Assembly: GCF_009834535.1 (NCBI RefSeq)
Contig: NC_045696.1
Coordinates: 35,094,001 to 35,158,000, forward strand
Length of the DNA: 64,000 bases
Direction of reading: 5' to 3'
Origin: Camelus ferus
Lineage: Eukaryota
Shown in pieces: positions 24,681 to 40,200 of this stretch. The position numbers and the translations under genes are program-made. Below the pieces are notes generated by a model. It saw nothing but the letters and a program-made list of their open reading frames with translations. It was not told where the DNA came from and made no database searches. Position 1 is the stretch's first letter. Every line of letters begins with the position of its first letter.

Positions 24681-27600
24681 TCAAAGGAGGACTAAATGTA
24701 TCAAGCCTGAAAGGATAATCTAATGCAATAGGGTTTCAAGCTGACCTATGAGTCTAAGTATCATAGGGAAATCTAGAGCTGAGAGATTAAACTGAGCACT
24801 GGACAAGAGTATTTGTGCCCCTGGATTCAGCCACTCATAAATTACTACCTCCTGAATTTTTTCATGTTATTAATTAAAAAACAAAAAACCAAACAAAAAA
24901 AACCCTCTATTTTTTTTGTACTAACATTTCTGTCATCATGACCCTATTCTCTTATATTGTCTACTCTTTCTCAAGGATTTATCTCCTTCTTTTCTACATT
25001 CATACTTTTAAGTTACACAAGCAGAAAATCCTAAAGAAAATCAAGTTGAAGAAGAGAAATATCAGGAAATGGTTTTCTGAAATCTTCTGAAAAAGAGTAA
25101 CTGACAGATGATAGTGGTTAATGGCTCGAGCAAGGCTGTAAAACTGAAGACTGCCTTTCACAGATGGGCATGGTGAAATCTACTCTTAATGAGAGGGAAT
25201 AAGGAGGTCCAATAAACTTCCTGAAAACAGGATGAATTTAAGATGAGGCGTCGATTTGACTGTAAAGGCAAATGTTTCCCCATTCATTTACTAAACAATG
25301 CTGCTTCTTTGGGTCTAAAAGAACATTCAAATGATTTGGGCACCCCAAGTATTACTTTAAAAAAGAAAAAAAGTGCTCTAAATTTAGTGCACCTCAGAAA
25401 GAAGACTGATATTTAGAACTGTGTTTCCACTGTGTGCCATGCTTGCCAGATAAATGAGTTTAGATCTTAGTTATTATAATTGCCTATCAGTATTGAAAAC
25501 AAGAAAACCACATGAGCAAATAAAATATGTCCTCTACGATGGCCTTGAAAAACCAGAATGAAAGTAATTTTACATTGTTTGTGATCAGTTGATCACTGTT
25601 TCATTGCAAAACACTGAGTAAAGTAAATTGCAACATAAACACTACTTATTTAGAGACGTTTGGCAAAAGCATCATATTAAATCAAATTATGACTTTAGAG
25701 GGAATATTCTAGTTTCAGCGATTTTTTTTATTCTACTGATATCACCTATTTCAAGAAGCTGTTAAACAAAACAGTGATCTACTACACATCAATAAAAATA
25801 AAATAAAATTTAAAAAAGTGAACAAATTTGGGACCTGGATAAAAAATGTACATTAATAGCAGGAAGTATCATTATAGGCATTCACTACATTTTGGTTGCT
25901 GATCAAGAGTGACTTTCAACGCTGCAAATGTCAATGGTTTTTAAAGAAAAGAAGTAAATAGCTAAGTGTTCTGGAGTCCCATACAGCTGGGCTACTTCAG
26001 CAGGCTTGCAAGCATGTAGTGTATCAATATTCCACTTTGGTTAATTGAATGAGATTATTTTCCTAGGTATGAGTTTTCGAGTTATAGTTGGAGAGCTGCG
26101 TGTGAAAAGCGAAGCTGAGGTGTGCTTTCTTAACCATATAGTTTAGCTAGGTAAGTATCTGGTTAAATAGAAAAGAATCAAAAAGAAAAAGGTGGGTTAA
26201 AACAAACCAGTAACAACAAATAGTAATATAGCAGGTGTGCCAGGAACTGAGTCTAAGGACTTAAGAAATATTAACTCATTCAATGCCCATTGCAATTTTA
26301 GGAGATGGGTCCTACTATTATCCCCAGATGAAAACGAGGTGTCTTTGCAGAGAGACAGGTAAAATAACCTGCCTAAGATACCCAGATAACTTGTCAGGAA
26401 GAGCCAGAGTTTGAACCCAATGCAGCCTGTACTGAACCCCAGTATGGAGCTCAGGGATCTTGAACCACTATGCTTTGAAAGGCAAGTTTTGTTCTCTTAA
26501 ATCAAAATGTGAATATTATCTGCCCATTTCTACTCCAACCCCAACCCCAAGTAGAAATTACTGAAAAGAATATAGTATAGTCTTACTTATTTACTAAAAA
26601 AAGATTCATACATTACACTGAGAACGTCCTCTCTCTACTTGCTTTTCTATTAGGAGCTAAGAAACTTAGAAAGTCTTCTTTCTCACCCCTTGAGTGTATA
26701 TGGTAAAAAATTATTTCTATAAAAATGATCAAACACTACATTACAGAGTTATGGATGCAGAGGGTAAATACTCCCATACAGTCAATTGAAAGAAAGGTAA
26801 AATTTAGAAAAAAAATCAACTCTCCTGGAAATTGAAAAATTTCTCCATAACTATAATTAACTTTTTATAAATTCTTTTCTGCCAGATATAAGGTTGCTGA
26901 GGAACAACACAGCCTTAGTCAAACAATATTTGCATTTAGTTGAAGAGCATACGATGCTCCTATTTTACTCATGCAGCCCATTTGGTATATATTTTTAGAT
27001 GTCCTAATTATTTAAGGACTCCAATTTGTTATTTTGTTGTCTAGTTCTTTTTTCTGGAGTTTTTTGTGATACAAAAAAGCAATCTAAAATTACGGCTAAG
27101 GCAAGGACTCTGTGCTGAATACATCTACTAACTTGCCGCTGCGAACAGGACAAGTTAAGCATTGACAGCCTCCAACACAGCCTTTCCCTACCTCGCCATA
27201 CAGAGTTTTCCTTCTTCCAAGTTCAATGCCTCCAATCATCTGTTAATAATAATTCAGTTCATGTGTATAGTGCTTCTTATTTTTGTATTTAAAAAATATT
27301 CTTTCCTTATTAGCACTCAACTCTGAAATAGTCAACAATTCCAAGGCAAAGGAGTGTCCATATTACTAATTAAATTTTCAAATGTTTCCCTCATTTTTAT
27401 TTTTATTTTATAACATCATGAAACTTTTTATTTAGACAGGTATATCAATATAAATTCACATAATTTTCATCACATAAAATGATTTTATTAGATTTGTTGT
27501 CATCTCAAGCTTTTTTATGCATTCTTGCCATAAACACGTTTGTTTTTTTTTGACCAATTATCTTTCTTCTTTTCTATTAATTCTCCTTATAAAGTTCAGT

Positions 27601-27739
27601 GATAATTATGCCATCTCATATCTGTTCCCCCTCTCTTAAACACATTAACTCACAACACCAAAAATAAACTTTAAGTTTGTCAAAAGATTTATTAAAGAAC
27701 AGCAATAACCAATTCCTGGACTATCTCTTTTTCACTCAC

Positions 27740-28294
27740 TACTTTCCACTGTCAACCAGAAAAATCCAGAGCTGTCTAGTGTGCTGACGTACTGAGAGCC
27801 GATGGACCCCGCGGCAGCGCCCAGGCTGGGAAGTCTGGGAACCTTCTAGGAGTTCCGTCCCAGAGATCACCTGATGACTCTCCCTTTCTCTAAGTCTCCC
27901 TCTCTTATTCAGATGCTCTGTCTCAAAACCAAAGTTAAAATGAGAGCTCTGTAAGTCTGCCTCTGAACCAGTATCTGAAGTCTTTGATACAGTTTTCCCC
28001 AGTGAGAAGGGTGTTGCCTGAAACGTCCAACTAGGGACCGACAATATAAATTATGAACTGTCTAACATACTTTCTAATGTAATGTTTTACAATGATGTGA
28101 CTCAGAGTAAGGCATTCAGCAGTGACTGATTTTGCAGCTCTCAAGGCTTCCTCTTGCACCTTGGTATAACCTGTCGATATTCTGATTTTCCTGAGAGCTT
28201 GCCTGAAGTGACTAGTACACTCTGGACTTAAATAGCAACTGCACAGGATGCTTAACTTTCAGCGCAGTTCCGGAGTTTAACTGTCGTTTACATG
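27740..28294 (-). promoter_or_regulatory. Second copy of the candidate promoter / first exon
   Basis: Same as 5656-6210 at offset 22,084; the 101-codon frame is identical in the ORF track. Confidence 0.3.
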
Positions 28295-31200
28295 ATTAGT
28301 TAGAGTGACATTCCTGAACAATGAGCTCTCAGGATCATTAAAATTTAATTTTCTTTAGGGATAGAACACAGTTTATTAGCTCTGACCCTTTACACTTAGC
28401 CAATTTTTCCATTTACTTTGGCTTAGGGAGTACATAATTCATGTGGCCTTGGTTGTTATAAACTTTTATACTTACAGATGCTACTTGAAATGCATGAATT
28501 AGAGTTTCCCCGCTTCCTTCACTATTGTTGAGAGTAAGATGGACAGGAAGCAGAGGAGAAGGAAAAAGCAAGAGAGAATAGACAATATTATTTTCAGACA
28601 AAGAAAAGTTCAGAAAAAGATAGAAAAAAAAGCAGGTGAATTATAAAAATTAAATAGTATTAATAATTTTATCTTTAGATCTTATACTGCATTTTGTTTC
28701 AATTCTTATCTCAGGAACACAGAACACAATACTTTAAACAACCAAAAGTCTTTTAAAGCTTTAAAAAAACAATATTGCTATTGTAAAAATTATAGTCTTG
28801 AACTACAAGTGTTTCATGCAGTAGATACTAGCCACATGTGGCTTCTAAATTTAAATATTAATAAATTAAAAATTAAATAAAATCTAGTCTTTAGTTGCAA
28901 TAGCTACACTTCCAGTGTGTAACAGTCAAATTTATAGCCAAGTGCTAATAGTCAAAGCTATCACACTGAACAACAAAGGAAAGAACATTTACATCAACTA
29001 TTGAGTAGATAGCACTGGCCTAGAATGCAGGCAAAATACATCCAGTAAACCTGGAAGTTTTATTACATGTGTCTTTCTTTGTATTCTTTGTATTACATGT
29101 GTTGGTGCTTTCCCCTTAAGCATAGTTGTTGCTCACTGGTGGTCTACTATTGGTAGGTCTCAGAGTGACATCTAGTTTTTATCTACTGAATTGGTCCAAG
29201 GAAGATGCTGCAAAGTTGATCTTCAGAGCAAGCATGATGGAATGGCCAAGCCTTCTGAAAATGCCTGGTTATAGTCCATGCAAATATATGAGGGCAAGAC
29301 TGAGAAGCAAGATATCTTCTAGGTGGACTGAGGATCAATTATGAAGACTACAGCACAGGGAAGAAAAGATGGAAGATGACGTATTAGGATTAGATACCCC
29401 CAAACTATCCCCAAACACATACATTAAAAGAAATTGAGATTAGCAGCTTAAATTTGTACTGTTGAACCAATAAGAACTGTGATTAGCACAATACTTCCAA
29501 TCTATATAAATGACTTTAATGTAAGAAGAGTAACAGCTACTGAATTTCTTTAATTCTATTTTATGAAACAGGCAGTAGGATAAGCAGGTTAACATGTATT
29601 GCATCATTCCTCACAACCACTAATACTAACTTATTATGCTTTTTTGGAAGAGAAGGAACTTTAAAATCCGTGATATAAAAGTAACTTTCTCAAAATCCCA
29701 CTCAATAAATACCAAAATTAATGACTGAAATTCAGGTTTATTGGCTCTCAAATCCTTGAATTTGACACTATACATAATATGCTTTCAGGGTACAAAGAAT
29801 TCCTTCATACCCTTCAGGTATGAAGGTATCAAATCATTCATGTGATTTAAAATCCATAAATATCCAACTTCTGGATCCTGACACTGGCTTAATTCCATGT
29901 GTCCCATGGATTCATGAATGCCCCATCCTTGATAAAAGTCAAGAGTCCTTTGAGAACCTGGGTTGACTAGTGTGGCATAAGGTGGAAATGTGGAAATGAT
30001 GCTTCCTGGACCCCACACCTCATTTGTACTTCCAGATCTTTTGGAGCTCCAACATTCAAAGTACAGAGGCTTTTTACCATCTAATGATTTTGCAATGTGG
30101 AGACTAAGAAAGTAGAATAGTGCAGGAAAATTTGGATGCAAGGCTTTCTTATCCCTAACAAAACCAAAAACTGGAGATAATACCTTAATTATTAGAATAT
30201 TTTACACTCTAAAGGGAACTTTCAGTCTTTGTGAGAGCAGTATCTGACAGAATGGAAACTTCTTGCAGAATGTATTTTCTATTATGTATTTTCACAGATT
30301 TTTTTCTTCAATTTAAAATGAACTGAATTTTTGATAACTCATTTTCCCCAAAGATTCATCTTAAAAATGAACTTTTAAGATGAATAAAAAAGTTTCTTAA
30401 AAAATGACATTGAACATTCATGCCTCATTTTCCCCCTATTTTTCTTCATTTGAAATAGGTGCCTCGAAGAATAAAAAATATAAAAATGTGAAAAACATAA
30501 AAATATAAACATTCAGTGTTTGTCACCTTCTGAAAGGCAACAGTCCTGGAGATAACAAAAGTAGGTATTTATCATTTCTTTATCACTTTGTCTTTTTAGG
30601 CAGAGAGTTTCATGCATGGTCAGGGGATGAAAGGATGAGTCTCCTTTTTTTTTTTTTTTTTAATGTGGTGAATAGGAAGGAAATCAAAAAAGCCCTGAGA
30701 GCTTCCCGGGAGGCAGGGTTATCAGAAAAAAAAAGCCCCCAGTGAGGTCAGAAGCCCTGATTTCTGATTTGATTTTACTGATTAGCTGTGTGAGTATGGA
30801 TAAGTTATTCTCTGCATCTTGGAGGTTTAATTCCCCCAATTGTAAAAATGAACAGTTGAGAACAGATGCTTCCTAAGGTTCTCTGACTATTGCATTCTGA
30901 AGAGTAAAATGAACAAGAGAAAAATACCAGCTGGTAAGTACATGAGGCTGTCACCGAAGAATGCTATAGCATTTTCAACTTAGCAAAACAGGGTTTTATT
31001 GATACGGGAATGAAGCCTGGGAAAAGTTCCATCAATACAAACTGATTAAAGATATTAAAGCTAGGAGCATACAATGAACTGTACTTGTCCAGCAAAAGAG
31101 AACTAGTTACATCATGTGGCACAGAATTCTGTCTCTGGTAGGATAATAAACTTCTCTGTTTCTGCTATCTAATATAGAAAAGGGGACTGAGATTTAAGTA

Positions 31201-34200
31201 AATAAAGCTGGAATTAAGCAAATGCATGTCCAGAGGCAGAAGGAGATTAAGGATTCTTTTTCATCAATATTTAATTTACTAAGACATTCTTTAGTTTAAG
31301 TAAGTTTCTTATGCTGCTTGACAGCTTGGTTGACTCTACAGTGAAAGGAGCCAAAATGATTTCTAAAATAACCATGCTTAGCTACAGCATCTCATCAAGG
31401 TTTTGCCAACATACTTGGTGCGACGTGGGTAAAGATATAGCCCTCTGCGCAGATCGTGAACTTAAATAATGACAAAAAATCATTGACTTCAAAGTCCGTG
31501 CTGTGTGTGTGACTCAGCCTGTAGTGTCACAGTTTGCCAGCACTGCCATTTTTTTTTATTACAGATATTTCTTTGGGTTCAGTTTAGGAAGAGATTTAAT
31601 TCAAGCTGAAGAAATCTGGAGTCCTTTCCCATCATAAAATCTAACATTGAAAATAGCCTTCAGACACAGAATTGCTAACATCGAGACACAACATAATTAT
31701 CATTTCTCCTACTCTTACTGTTGAGCCCACCTGCTTCCAAAGAAAATGAAATGATGTGATCCGACGGGGGAAAACAAAGCAGAATGAATCACTTATCTTT
31801 CCAATTTTACAGGAATATCCTAATTTGTATACACTCTATATTTTCTCTTGTACAGGTTGCTGTTAGCCTACTCTGGTACCTTATATACCTGGATGAGCTG
31901 ACTTAGCCCCATACGCCACCCCCCACCTTTGATCTTGAAGCTCTTTCTTCTCCTCAGGAGCATCTCATTCATTTTACACAGGGAAAGTTAAATTTAGCAA
32001 AAGGAGTCTTTCAGAGCAGAGTGCTTGCTGATCTGGGAGCCTGTCAAGGTGATTCTATGCCAACTTGGACCTGCCAGGAGTTGAAGCTTCCAACCTTGCC
32101 AAATGTTGTGCTTATTTTGTGACAAAGATGAAAGTCACAGTTGATTTAAAAGGAGGCCATCCACTTTATTTTATTCTTGTCTCAACTCTCTAAATCTATG
32201 TCTCCATGACTGAAGGCTTTATAAATAAACAGGTGTCCACATGTCCCAGTGTGAATTAAAATTTTATGGAGTTGGAGAAGGAGTTGATTTATTTAAAAAA
32301 GAAAAGTTATTGTAATACTTTTCTTTGGTATGTAGAAATAATAATTGTTCTATAATTTGTTTCCATGTGTATATTAGTAGCCATACTTACTTAATAGCTC
32401 CATGGATTTAGGGTAGGAGTGTTAAATAAAAGAATATGGATTTTGACATATGTCTTGGGAGCTAGACAAACTCTGGTCAATGTAAGAACTCTTTATAGAC
32501 TGGTAAATTTTTAGTAAGTACTAAAGAGAGGTCATCTCACATGTATATGGTTTTATGTACAAGATCTATACACTAAATAGATACGTAAACTCAGGTATGC
32601 TCAGCTAGAAGTGCTTTGCTATTTCTTCTAACATACCTAAAAATGTATTTTTCTCCTGCTGCTGTATAGTGAGTAAAATAAATATTCCCAACATTTATTA
32701 TGAATGATACCTAATATATTAATGCACACACACATGCACACAAACATTTATGCAAAAGCACATTTTCTTCTAATTAACTAATTTCCCCAAACACCTAAGA
32801 ATTCACTATTGAACATCAGGCAGCTAAGGTACCTGCCTTTACAACTGCACAATAATTTAAGCATTGAAGAGGTGCATTCAGGGGGGTTACACTGTTTTTA
32901 CTATTAAATACAGGCACTGGCAATGATGTAGTATTTACTGTAAGTAAATTTTAAGAGTTTGATACACATATTTCTATATATATAATAATATTAATACAGC
33001 AGAGAAAATGTCCTAACTTGAACTGTCTTAGTAGTTATACTCTTTGACACATTTCAGGACCCTTTATTAACCATATATATGTGCTCATTTCCCAGCGTGT
33101 TCTTCTCATATACAGTACGCATAAACTTATAATGTAGCTACTTCAGGAAATATGCACAAGTAGGCCTCTTTGTCATACATATCATTTATTTTGCAGGCAT
33201 GCATATTCCCTAGTTGGAGATTTAGGAATTTTGCAATGGGATGATCAATTATTTAATTTAAATATATAAATTATTCAATTGCAAATACAATCAACAGCAG
33301 GATGCCAAAATACTTCACAACCAGAAGCCAGTAGAAATCAACGTTCCTGTTTTTTTGAAAATATCTCAATGGCTTGTCTAATACAACTTTCATTATTTTA
33401 ACATCTTAATTATTTAAATGAATGAATGAATGAATCTAATGCCACTGTATTGCAATTTCACCCTATATGTACCAAGCAACTTTGCTCACAGATCTCCTAG
33501 CAGCTGGATTACATAGGATGGCCTCACTCACTTGTGTAGCACTTAGAGCTATGGGTCTGGGGTAACTGGGGTCCCAGGGCCACCATCTCTCATTCTACAG
33601 TTGGCTATCTCAGGTATTTCACACGATGCTCACAGGATTCTAGTAGCAGCAAGGATATCTGTACCTTTCAAGCCCCTGAAAGGTGTCACATTTGCCTACA
33701 GTCTCACTGGCTAAAGCAAGTCCCATATCCATACCTGGACTCAGAGTGGGAGGGCCCTACAGTGGGCATAGATGCAGGGACAAGAGAGAAGGGTGTGGTC
33801 TTTTTTTTGAACGATACCACAAAGATCATTCCTTAAGATTTGCATTCTTCTGAAGGGACTTTCTTTATTAAATCTCCATATTTTGAAGAAGAGAAAAATG
33901 AGCATAAGCGGTAGCTTGATTGATATAACCAAAATATAATGTAAAGAAACAATTCGTAAAGAAAAATGTCAGGGATGAGGTAGAGAAGGGCAAAGCAGTG
34001 TGAGGGCTCTTAGGATGACTGGGTTCCTTGAATGTATTCATTGTATTTTATATGCTTTCTACTATAGCTGTGAAGACCAACATCTTTTTCTTACTCATAC
34101 TGTCCAGATACAGTATTTTCCAAATGTGGTCCCTGGACCAACTGCAATGGTCCTGCAATGGTGCCACGTGAAATGGTTGTGACAAATGCAGCTTCCCAAG

Positions 34201-37200
34201 TCCCACTCAGAATTCTGACTCAGAAAAACAGATGGTAATACTGCGGTCTGTAACAAGCATCCCACATTATTCTATGAACAAGAAACATAGCTCCATAAAG
34301 CAAGAATTCTCAAAACCTAAGGTCAGCACTGAGGGTTCCTATGTACTAAGTGTTAGCTTAATAATTAAAAGGGCTAATTTTCTTTCCATGAAGAAAATCT
34401 TTCTTTCTATTCCTGGGTGAGTTAGATACCAAAAACTATTTGTATTTACTCATTTTTTTTCTTTTAAACATTACAAGGTATTTCTTTTCCTTCTAGATGC
34501 TCAGCTGTATAATGAATCCCCTCAGAGAAAAAAACTGAAATATCATTTTCACTTCAAAATCACTTTTCAACCTTAAAATTCATACTTTTACAAAATAAAA
34601 ACACTTTTGAATATCCACATTGAGAAGGATTATGAAAATGAAATCAATAAATTATCACAATATCCTAATACTAAAAGCATCTGCTATTTGTAGTTTATAA
34701 CTTCCAGGGTTACTTTTCACAAAGGTCAAAAGTGATGACATACTTTCAAATTCACCTCTTTTTTTCAGGAGAATTTTTCAAAAATTTGTAGCCCACCACT
34801 TTTATATTATGGATAAAAAAAACAAATACAAGTAGGTTTTATAAGCATGATGCATGGAGCAGATAACTGTGTTGAAAATAGAAGTCAGATCTTGTGGACT
34901 TCCCAGAGAGGATTCTTTCAGCAACACATTACAAGGCACTAAACTAGGTATGGAAATGATCTGAGAAGTCTTCCTTCCTAAGGCTATCCATATGTTAGGG
35001 TAGGCTTGGATCCAGTCCTGCCTAGAAATTGGGGAACTAACTAATGATTCCTGGGGTTTTTTTCCTGCTGAAAATTTTATTTCACTATAAGTCTTTCAAG
35101 ATACACAGTCCCCTAAACAGGTTTGAACAATTAAACATTCATTTGTTACAGAAACAGACAGTGCACCCTCACTATCATAACTTTCAAAAATAAAAGCTTT
35201 CCTGTCACCTTATTTACTTATCTAAATGTGAGACTGTCAGTGTTGAGGTTTCTCAAGTTGAAATGTAGGCGTGCCTGAGCTCTCATCAGAGTGGGGAGAA
35301 GGCAAGAACAGATTGTTTTTAACATCAGGCAAGAGTGTTATCTTGGACTGTCTGCTCAGCCTGAGGTGCTTTGACACTTCTTTCTAACACACCTAAAATA
35401 CTTCTTTTTTCTCCTGCTACTGAATCACAAGCATTAAGTCAACTGAAGAGGCACATAATCTATCTTCTGAATATATCAATGAGCAGTATCCTCAAAGACC
35501 TAACAACACTGCCTTTATTGAGAAAGAATAAATGATTTACAAAGAAATTAAGAAATGTTTTCCTTAAATCATATGCACAAAAAGTTGAAAACAGAAGCAT
35601 GCATATCTCTTTACAAAAAAGTGCATAGGAATTATGACCACAATTTTATCTATATACATATTGAAAAAACAAATAAAATATGTTTGACTCTTGGGAGAAT
35701 CAACTATGAACATGTTAAAAAATGACTGTATTTTGAGGACATTAATCATTTACCAAAAATAAGTAGCTAAATAAGTCTACATTTTAAGCATCAAAAGACA
35801 CATACACATTGTGAACGTTTTCATTCATTTACTTATTCATTAAAAATGCAATTACTGAGCATTTATACCATGGAAGTGCTGAGAACACAGAGCCCATATC
35901 CCTATCAAGTGGGAGAGGCACATATATTAATGTGATTAAAATACAAAGGAAAATACAGAGAGGGATGACATCAAATACCATAGCTACACAGTCTGAGGAT
36001 CAAGGAGAACTTTAGAGAGAAAGGGATTTGAGCTCAGATCATTTTGCTCTCTTGTTTGAGGTCCTACCTATGTTCCTATAGCAAATCATGTTGTACACAT
36101 CAGCCATAAAACTTGATGAATTGTTTTCTGTTGATCTGACTTCTAGATTTGAAAAAGGAGTTTCATAGGGAGAACGGACTATGCATTGTTAGTCTTTTTA
36201 ACTTCAGCACATGAAATTTAGGAAGCCTTCAATAAATAAATGACTGTCGAATGAATGCCTTAAATTGATACTTGCATAATATATCTGAATATTCATATTT
36301 TTAATCTCAGCAAATATACATTTATAGATACAACTATTTTATCAACTGGCACCAAAGTTCTTCATAGGGAGGGAATGTTGTTGAGGAAATTAAGCTCCTT
36401 TGATGTGGAAAATGAGACCCTGAGGCGGCACTGTGAAAATAAACAGCAAAATATAACTAATGGCTAAGCTTCTATGCATAAAAAATGATGATGAGACATT
36501 AGGAAGTGGAAGAGTAGAGCAGGGAGAGGGAATGAAGGTAGGCAGAAGAGGTAGGCCATGTGTTAGGAGACTGAAGACTAGACAGAAAGGTAACCAAGCA
36601 GAATTTCACAAGGGCAGAGTGACCAAAAATGTGTTAAATCACAAGAATGCTTAATAAATCATTTAAAATTATTTGCATTTGTGTGATGTAAAATCCCCTC
36701 TGTTCCCTAAAACTCAGTAAATTCTATTACTAATGGAAATATCTTGTCTGATCTTTGGATAATCCAAGTACAAGTATATGAATTTCATGTATGGGCCAAT
36801 GCAGAGGAAAGGAAGTAATGACCATGAGAGATGAGACATGACTGAGTTTAAGAGCTTATCAAGAGGATTTCAAATCCTGGATGTTACTGAGGCATTGGTA
36901 CAGGAGCAACTATGTTACAGCAAACAGTCATAAAATCGGGCAAAGTATATGAGATAGATGCTTTCTTTATTCACTCAAAGTATAATTACTGAGCACTTTC
37001 TCTGCTAGTCACTTGGCAAATGCTGACAAGAGTGACACAAGTCTCTGATCTCACACAGAATGAAACCCACAAAAACAGCTCCTTGTCTCCCCTGGCCAAT
37101 TCCCTATTTGCAGTACAGGACTCTGGAATCCAAGGAGGGCAGGTAAGTTCTGCTGAGGTGAGATCAGAGTTTGGGACCACTGATGTGTCTGGAGAAGGAA

Positions 37201-40200
37201 CCGTGCAAGAGGAAGTGCCAAAGTCTCTCATGCACCCTTGCCTAAGACCCGGCCTGCACACATGGAGGGCTGGCTTGTCAGGAAACGGTTTCTAACAGGT
37301 TGAAGATGGAATTGATTTCCTAGAGGTTAAGCAGAACTGACAGATGTTGGGGCACTGGCCTAGCACAGATAAATTCAGGGTCATTTAGAAAGTCAAACAA
37401 TGAGTAAACAGTCTTTACACAGTCTAAATTAAAGAATAGTCATTTAAAAAATTCAACAACTACTTACAAGTTACATACTCTATATGAAGAATTGCGTTAG
37501 CCTGGAGGAAAACAAAGATTAACCGGGTATCATTCCTATTGTCAAGGAATTTACAGTTCAGTGCTTGAAGTCATATTTCACAAGAGCTGTACTGAAGTTC
37601 TTAGGAAGGGGGAGAAGGAAAGGTCTCTAAACAACGGAGAGACATCACTAATGCCTCATTAAGACTTCAGGCATTGCACACAAAAAGATGCCACCTTATG
37701 AATAAAGATGATACCAGTCTGTAAGGTCTTCTCTAAGTCTATCTTAATAAAGCATAAAATCAGGACCCGAAGAGATCCACACTTTGGAGTCTGAGACCTA
37801 CCAAATTTGAAGGGTTTGAGGAATACTGGGATTTCTACAGACTGACCTTCACAAAGCATAAAAACAAGCCTATCAATTTCAAGATTATCATCTAGTAACT
37901 ATACTGTCTACTAGAGAAGTCAACATTCTTCACAGAGACAGTAACAGAATCTAGAGAGTCTATAATGTATCAACCACAAGAGCCCATACACATTCAAAAT
38001 GTGACCCATGTTCAAGACAAATAACATTAAAGAGAAATTAACCCTGATATGGTTCGAATGTTGGATTTAGAAAACAAAATTTTAAAGAAACTAATATAAA
38101 TAATGTAAATTTTGCCATAATAAATCAACAGATAGGGATTTCAACAGAAAATAAGAACCTATTAAAAGAAACCAACATTCTAAAATGAAAGAAACAAATT
38201 AAAACTCACTAGATATGCTTAACAGCATATTAGTGATGATATAAGAAAGAGGCTGAGGATTTTAAGTAAGATTAATAGAAATAAATTCAGTTTAGGAAAC
38301 AGAAAAAAATGAGGCAAGAAATGAACAAAGTTTAAGGGACAATGTTAATGGTTAAACATACATGTAAATGAAGTTTTGGAATAAAAAATGGAATGGAAAG
38401 AAATAGCAGACAAAATAATACCTTACAATTTACAAAATGTAATGAAAATCACTACTTCTTAGATTATAGAATTTTATCAAGTCTCAAGCTGGGTAAATAT
38501 ATTTTTTAAAAAAACACACTTAGACCCATCATAGTCCAACTGCAAAAAAGCAAGTCATAAAAAGAAAACCAAGAAAACAGAGAAAACAGACATTATACAT
38601 ATGGAGGAAACGATGCAAATTATAACTGACTTCTCTTTAGAAACAACAGAGTGCAAAAGAAAACAGAATCCTATCTTTAAATTATGGAAAAAAATAAAAG
38701 AGAACCATCTACCTAGAATTTTATTTTAAATAAAAGTCTTTCAAAAAAAGAGGATGAAAGAAATATTCCAGATAAACAAAAACTGTGAAAATTTTTTACC
38801 AGCTGACCTGCAGTATAAAAAAATGTTAAAAATTAGTCTTCAGACTGAAGGAAAATGATAAATAATATATCTTTCAGATATAGAGGTAGTATTAAAGAGT
38901 ACTGAAATGGCAACATAAAACATTATGACTTTTTCTCCATGATCACCTTGAAAGACAACTCTGTGCTTGAACACAAATTAACATTATCAATTGAGGTTCA
39001 TAACATACATAAAAGTAGAAAATACAATAACAATATCATACATGATAGGATCAGTAAATGAAGTTATACTATTTATTGTAAGAGTATTACAATACGCAGT
39101 ATTACAGAAGCAATATTGCGCATACAATTACTACATATGACAAGTGGGTCGTGTGAAGTGTCAGGAGTGATGTGTTAACTATGAAAAGTAAACTATTAAC
39201 TCGAACAGTGTCTTAAAATAAACTGTATTTTGGAATAATACAGTGAAGAGAGTTCCTACATACCCTATGCTAAGTTTTTCCTGTCATTAACATCTTATAT
39301 TCCTATGGTACATTTGTCACAACTAATGAACTAACATTAGTAGATTGTTATGAACCTAATGCTATACTTTATTTGGATTGTAGTAGTTTTTTTTTTCCTG
39401 CTAATGTCCTTTATCCTACCAATTTTCCCACCAATGTTCCAGGACCCTATCCAGGATACCACATTAAATTTATTCATTATGTCTCCTTAGCTTCCTCTGT
39501 ACTGTGACAATTTCTCAGACTTTGCTTATTTTAAATGACCTTAACAATTCTGAGAAGCACTGATCAGGAATTCTATAGGATATTACTCAATCAGGCTTTA
39601 TCTGCTGCTTTTCTCATGGTTAGACTGAGGTTATGACTTTTGAAGAGCAAGACCAAATGAGGAAAGTGCAGTCTCTTCACATCATATTAAAAGGACATGC
39701 TAGTAACATACTACTGATGATTCTAACCTTCACACAGCTCAAGTAATGCCTGCCAAATTTCCCTCCTGGAAAGCTTCCCCCACTTCCCCTGCTTTTCCAT
39801 ACTGTACTTTTTGTAAGGAATTCACTCTGTGTTGCTCACACTTAAAGGGGGTGGTGAATTCAATTCTACTTTTTCGAGGGTTGCATATTTTCTTTTGAGG
39901 GATGTTATGTCTTTTCACTTTATTTATCCAATGGTTTACTTATATTAGCTTGGGCTCATGGATATTTTATTTCATATTTTGGGTTACAACATAACACTGC
40001 ATTATTTCGTTATTCAAATTTTTTCAGATTAATCCATTAAGCTCCTATGATCTCTTGACAAATTTCCTCTTTTTTTCCCCTGGAAATTTCACACTTTCTA
40101 GCACCATAAGATGGTCCAGGCTCATCTTGAATATTTTCTGTCTTATTCCTAGTATTGGTTATTTCTCCAAGGAGGTCGCTTTTCTTTTATTGGAGACTGG

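Noticed and set aside
29785..30141. 118-aa ORF
   Set aside because: The frame is not preserved in copy 1 (7858-8079 differs by frameshifts) and there is no recognisable domain.
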